Made by a program: the position numbers and the translations under genes
Origin: the human T2T-CHM13v2.0 reference genome, Homo sapiens
Length of the DNA stretch: 64,000 nucleotides
Direction: 5' to 3' (one strand)
NCBI RefSeq assembly: GCF_009914755.1
Contig: NC_060926.1
In this document: positions 59,466 through 64,000 of the stretch, piece after piece
Numbering within the stretch: position 1 is the first letter of the stretch
Layout of the letters: each line of letters starts with the position of its first letter
Notes under the pieces: generated by a model
The model's input: the letters and a program-made list of their open reading frames with translations, nothing else
Databases searched by the model: none
What the model was told of the DNA's origin: nothing

Positions 59466-59895
59466 TAACTTATCTACTTCCTTAAGGTGGACAACCAGAT
59501 TGCTTGTTTTCTACTACCACAAAGCTCCAATGAAGATTCTTCTAGACTGTGTGATGTTCTGTGGGATGGATACCCAGGGGGAGGGATAGTAGGGTCATAG
59601 GGTATGTGCACACTTTTTTTTTTTGACTACGTACTGCCAGAATGTTACTCTCCAGAATATCTCTATTAGTCTAACTCCCAAAAGTTTAATGTAAAAATAA
59701 TTTTATATTTATACATACTATCATAAACTGAATAGTTTCTACTGTCAAGCAAGAGTCAATTTATATTTAAAAGCCAACAGCAGGGTTTAAAAAAATTTCT
59801 TAAACATTATATCTAAAACAGTATAAGAATAGAAGATAAATCAGTAGACAGAATACTTTATTAAAATTATTTTCATTTATAAAAATGGGTGGGTA

Positions 59896-60255
59896 GGCTG
59901 GGTGCGGTGGCTCAGGCCTGTAATCTCAGCACTTTGGGAGTCTGAGGCAGGAGGATCCCTTAAGCCCAGAAGTTTGAAACCAGCCTGGGCAATGTAGTAA
60001 GACCCTGTTTCTAAAACCAAACCAAACCAAATAAAAAAAATTAGCTAGACATGGTGGTGCATACCTGTAATCCCAGCTACTTGGGAAGCTGAGGCAGGAG
60101 AATCGATTGAACCAGGGAGGTGGAGGTTGCAGTGATGCAGTGAGCCAAGATTGTGCCATTGCATTCCAGCCAGGACAATAGGGTTAGACTCCATCTCAAA
60201 AAAAAAAAAAACAAAAAAAAAAAACAGAAAATTTTAAAAATAAAAAAAATAAAAA
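59896..60255 (+). mobile_element. AluJ-like SINE with long A-rich tail
   Basis: GGCTGGGTGCGGTGGCTCAGG...GGAGGATCCCTTAAGCCCAG; partial TSD ATAAAAATG. Confidence 0.92.
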
Positions 60256-60279
60256 TGAGCAGTAGCAGGGGCAGTAGAG

Positions 60280-60500
60280 AGAACACTGCAACCTCTTGCG
60301 TCAGAGAAAACAGTTCAAGTCCTGCATGTGTGAGGCCAGGCAAGCTCCTTAACCTCTCTTTGAGTCTAATTTCTTTGAGCATCAGTAAGATGGTGGTAAT
60401 GATAATAATGATATTAATGTTTTTGAAAAATAGAAGTTAATGGATATGAAGCAATCAGGGCAATGCCTGGCACATAGCCCTTCTGTAGGAAATGTCGTTA
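60280..60500 (+). mobile_element. MIR SINE
   Basis: TGTGTGAGGCCAGGCAAGCTCCTTAACCTCTCTTTGAGTCTAATTTC...GGGCAATGCCTGGCACATAG. Confidence 0.65.
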
Positions 60501-60720
60501 TTATTCTGATGAGCACCTGTGGATTTGTCCCTGTGATTGCTCATCCACACCTCCCATCTGAATGAATTTTTGTAGCACACAGAGACCTAGACTGTCTATT
60601 CAAGTTTCCTCTGTCTGCCCCCATCCCCCAGGGGCTGGAAGAGATATAAAGATAGGACAAAAGTCTCCTTGTTGTTCTTGTTGCTGTCTTGTAGAACTCA
60701 GAATGTAAAGAAGACAGGAG

Positions 60721-60721
<1 letters not shown>

Positions 60722-60757
<36 letters not shown>
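60722..60757. repeat. (AC)18 microsatellite
   Basis: Perfect AC dinucleotide run. Confidence 0.95.
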
Positions 60758-60759
<2 letters not shown>

Positions 60760-61144
60760 TTTTTGTAACTTCAGGGATGACCACAGAGAATCACCTAGAG
60801 AGGGACGGCAGAGTGCAGAAGCAGCACTAGATGGTGCAGACCTCCTATCTGGATGTGGAGAGTGCAGACCTGAAGCGTCCCCAGCCCGTCCTGAACTCTG
60901 ACTCCTGCATAGGTGCAAGGTGGCCTCCCTCGGCTGTCTTTGACTGCTCTCTGTCTCTGAGCCCTTCGTCTGACTTCCCATAACAACCTGCATTTCCTTT
61001 TAATAAGGCTTACCACACTGTGCCATAATCTTCACTTTCATCTTATGAATGATTAAACAGATGTGTTCAGTTATTTGGCTACACTCAGGCTTGTTCTTGC
61101 TTTCTGGAAGGTTCTGAGAATTTCAGGTGGCATGTTTGCATAAT

Positions 61145-61730
61145 TTATCAGTTTGGGTGAGTCAGGAGGGAGAAACCAGACAAGTTATTTGGACAGTGTG
61201 AATTTCATATAGAGAATCATATGGAAAGATAACTGGAAAGGAAAAAAGAGAACACCGTTCCATCTCAGAGGCTACTGCCCTCCACTAAGGCTGGGGGCAA
61301 AAGGTACAGGTTGAAATTTCTGAAAGGCAGAAGTTTGGAGGAGAGACCTGTACAGGTAAAAGTCAGGCAGATGGAAAGACCCTGGTCCGCTGATGGGGGT
61401 ACACTAAGGCTGGCTCTGCAAGTGTTAGAAAAACTGCAAACTGCATTGAGCTGCTGCTACTGCACGGAAGGGAACTGCCCTGCTTGGTGCAGTATACTGC
61501 ACGGGTGACACAGGAACTGCAAGAGTACAAAAAGCAATAGGGTCAAGGAGACAGTGCTTTCCTTCTCCCCCAGTAGCACTCTTCCTGCGCCCCCTTACTG
61601 ACAAAACCTGACAGGGAGTCAGCCTGCAAAGCAGAAATGGGATTCACAGAGTCTCAGGTCCAATAGCCTGAAATAGTTTATAGAAGGGTTGGTTTGAAGC
61701 TGAGAAATAATAGCATCATAACTGACACAC
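61145..61730 (-). mobile_element. Old ERVL-class LTR relic (LTR33/41/78-like)
   Basis: TCAGTTTGGGTGAGTCAGGAGGGAGAAACC...CCTTACTGACAAAACCTGACA...GCAAAGCAGAAATG...ATAACTGACACA. Confidence 0.45.
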
Positions 61731-61777
61731 TTCCTAAAATACTTTATGCTGAATTTTAGAAAATTAGAGGGCATATT

Positions 61778-62217
61778 CAAATATCCATCAATGGATGAAT
61801 GGATAAAAAAATGTGGTACATATATACAGTGGATTATTATTCAGCCTTAAGAAGAAAATCCCACCACGTGCTCTAACAGGGATTAAAACTGAGGACGTTA
61901 TGCTAAGTGAAATCAGCCAGCTACGAAAAGACAAATACTATATGATACTACTTATATGAGGCATCTAACATAGTCAAACACAGAGAGCCAAAAAATAGAA
62001 TGGTGGTTGCCAGGGGCTGGGGGGAGAGGAAAATAGGGAGTTGGCTTAATAAGTACGGTGATTCAGTTTTGCAAGATAAAAAAGTTCTGGAGATCTGTCA
62101 TACAATAATGTCAATGTTTTTAACACTCCTAAACATCACACTTAAAAACAGTTAAGATGGTCCATTATATGTTGTGTGTATATGTTTTTTTTACCATAAT
62201 TAAAAATTTAAAAAAAG
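61778..62217 (+). mobile_element. L1MA/MB 3' end
   Basis: CCATCAATGGATGAATGGATAAAAAAATGTGGTACATATATACAGTGG...TGGTGGTTGCCAGGGGCTGGGGG...A tail. Confidence 0.88.
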
Positions 62218-62550
62218 TGGACCTATAGGCGCTAGCTATCATATTTCTAAGGCATTTTAAATTTCTTCACTAACTTCTCAGCCTGCTTTCCATAGGTCTC
62301 TGTACACTGCTTTGTGGAGAATCCTTGATCCTTATCCCACCTTTAACTTGATTATCCCATGCTTATGCTATGGAATAATCTTTGATCTCTGCTTCATTGT
62401 TACTTTATGGCAAGTATTTACTTAATGCTTAATATTCAGAATCAAAATGATAAATACAAGCGACTACTTATGAGATATGTTTGCAAAATAAGATACAGTC
62501 ATCTTGCAAAGAGGCCCCGCTGTATGGCCACTGTTAAGATTCTATATCAA

Positions 62551-62908
<358 letters not shown>

Positions 62909-64000
62909 TTAGGTTTATAGGACACAATGTTGAAATTTGTGTGTAGTAGAGCCAGGGCTATGCTGTTCCATGGTCCATTCTCTTTGTTAAATTGCCTTAT
63001 GGAGCCAGTCTTTGCCATGTTGCCTCATAAACTTTTACAGCAAACATCCCTGTAAATATTGGACACGGAGTGGGGAGTGATAGAAGGGAATGTAATTGTT
63101 TTAGTTTTAAATTTACCCTTGTCTAAATTTGTCTTTCACATACAGCACAAGGAGTGCCTATAAGTCATGAAGGCATTCACCCTTCTCAAGGCTGGATTGC
63201 ATTTAAACCATTCCAGAGAGATGAGGGAAGCACCCCTTAGGAGAGGGAAGAAGTAATCCCACAACCTGTCTTAGTAACTCATCTCATGTTTGACAAATCT
63301 TGCCATAAGGGTCTTTGTAGGTAGTCCATGTCTCATCTCCTGCAATTTCCTCCTCCCCCGACCCCCTTTTCTGGTTACATCATTAATGGATATGAAAACC
63401 AGCTGGCCTCCTTCTTCTGTATGAAGCTTTTATAGATATAAATATGATTCAGTTTGTCAACTACTTTGCTAAACAATACTTTCCTCTAAACTTGCCCCAT
63501 AAATTTTATTTTTCAGGTCCTTTAATTATCTTTTTGATACTTCTCTGAATCATTAGTAAGCTTACCGTACTGCTATAAAATTGTGGGATTCAAGTTTTCG
63601 TGGAAAGCTAGTATATTTCTGAACATTTTTGAGATTAGTAGAATTACTTATTCTTATATAATATTCATTACAAAAATCATTGTTAAATCACCTTCTATCA
63701 ACTAAGAAAATCAACTTCTCTTTGAGAGATTTTTAGTCTATAAGGAAAATAGATGGCAATAATAGAAAATATATAATTATATGTTGGTAAAAATGAGAAA
63801 CAGTTAGGATGAGCATGTATAACTATGAGAAGCTCTCCCCATACCATAAATTTTTAATTATCTTCTTATTTTCTTAAATATATAATGAACAAAGTTAAAA
63901 ACATCTTAAATCACATCATTTTGAGGTATCAGGATTCCACATTTTACTGACAATCTTTTTGTGTTTCTCTTTATATTTATTTTCACACATTTATAATTTA

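Noticed and set aside
60530-61020. 150-aa minus ORF over a probable old LTR
   Set aside because: The ORF reads through a (CA)n tract, and the LTR family could not be assigned with confidence.
63480-63720. Possible exon signals (plus-strand TTTTTCAG...GTAAG; minus-strand donor GTACG|GTAAG)
   Set aside because: Frames contain stops or show no recognisable homology; such signals are common in AT-rich DNA.

Overview
Primate (hominoid-like, probably human) non-coding genomic DNA. It is AT-rich and CpG-poor, and most of it is transposable-element derived. I find no supportable host protein-coding exon, RNA gene or CpG island. Main contents: a full-length but inactivated L1PA5/6-type LINE-1 with TSDs (32036-38193), a complete LTR-internal-LTR MSTA MaLR element nested in older LTRs (29114-31482), and a near-complete Ricksha Mutator-like (MULE) DNA transposon (~49790-54240). 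The Ricksha copy has a readable FLYWCH-DDE transposase fossil and a captured ERVL/MLT2B fragment. Many Alus, MIR/L2 relics, solo LTRs and older L1 fragments fill the rest. The most unusual structure is a head-to-head L1PA3-like/AluY-like insert with both poly(A) tails facing outward, lying at one site in the right Ricksha TIR (53468-54180). Family names come from recall of repeat consensus sequences, not from a database search, so subfamily calls and boundaries are approximate.
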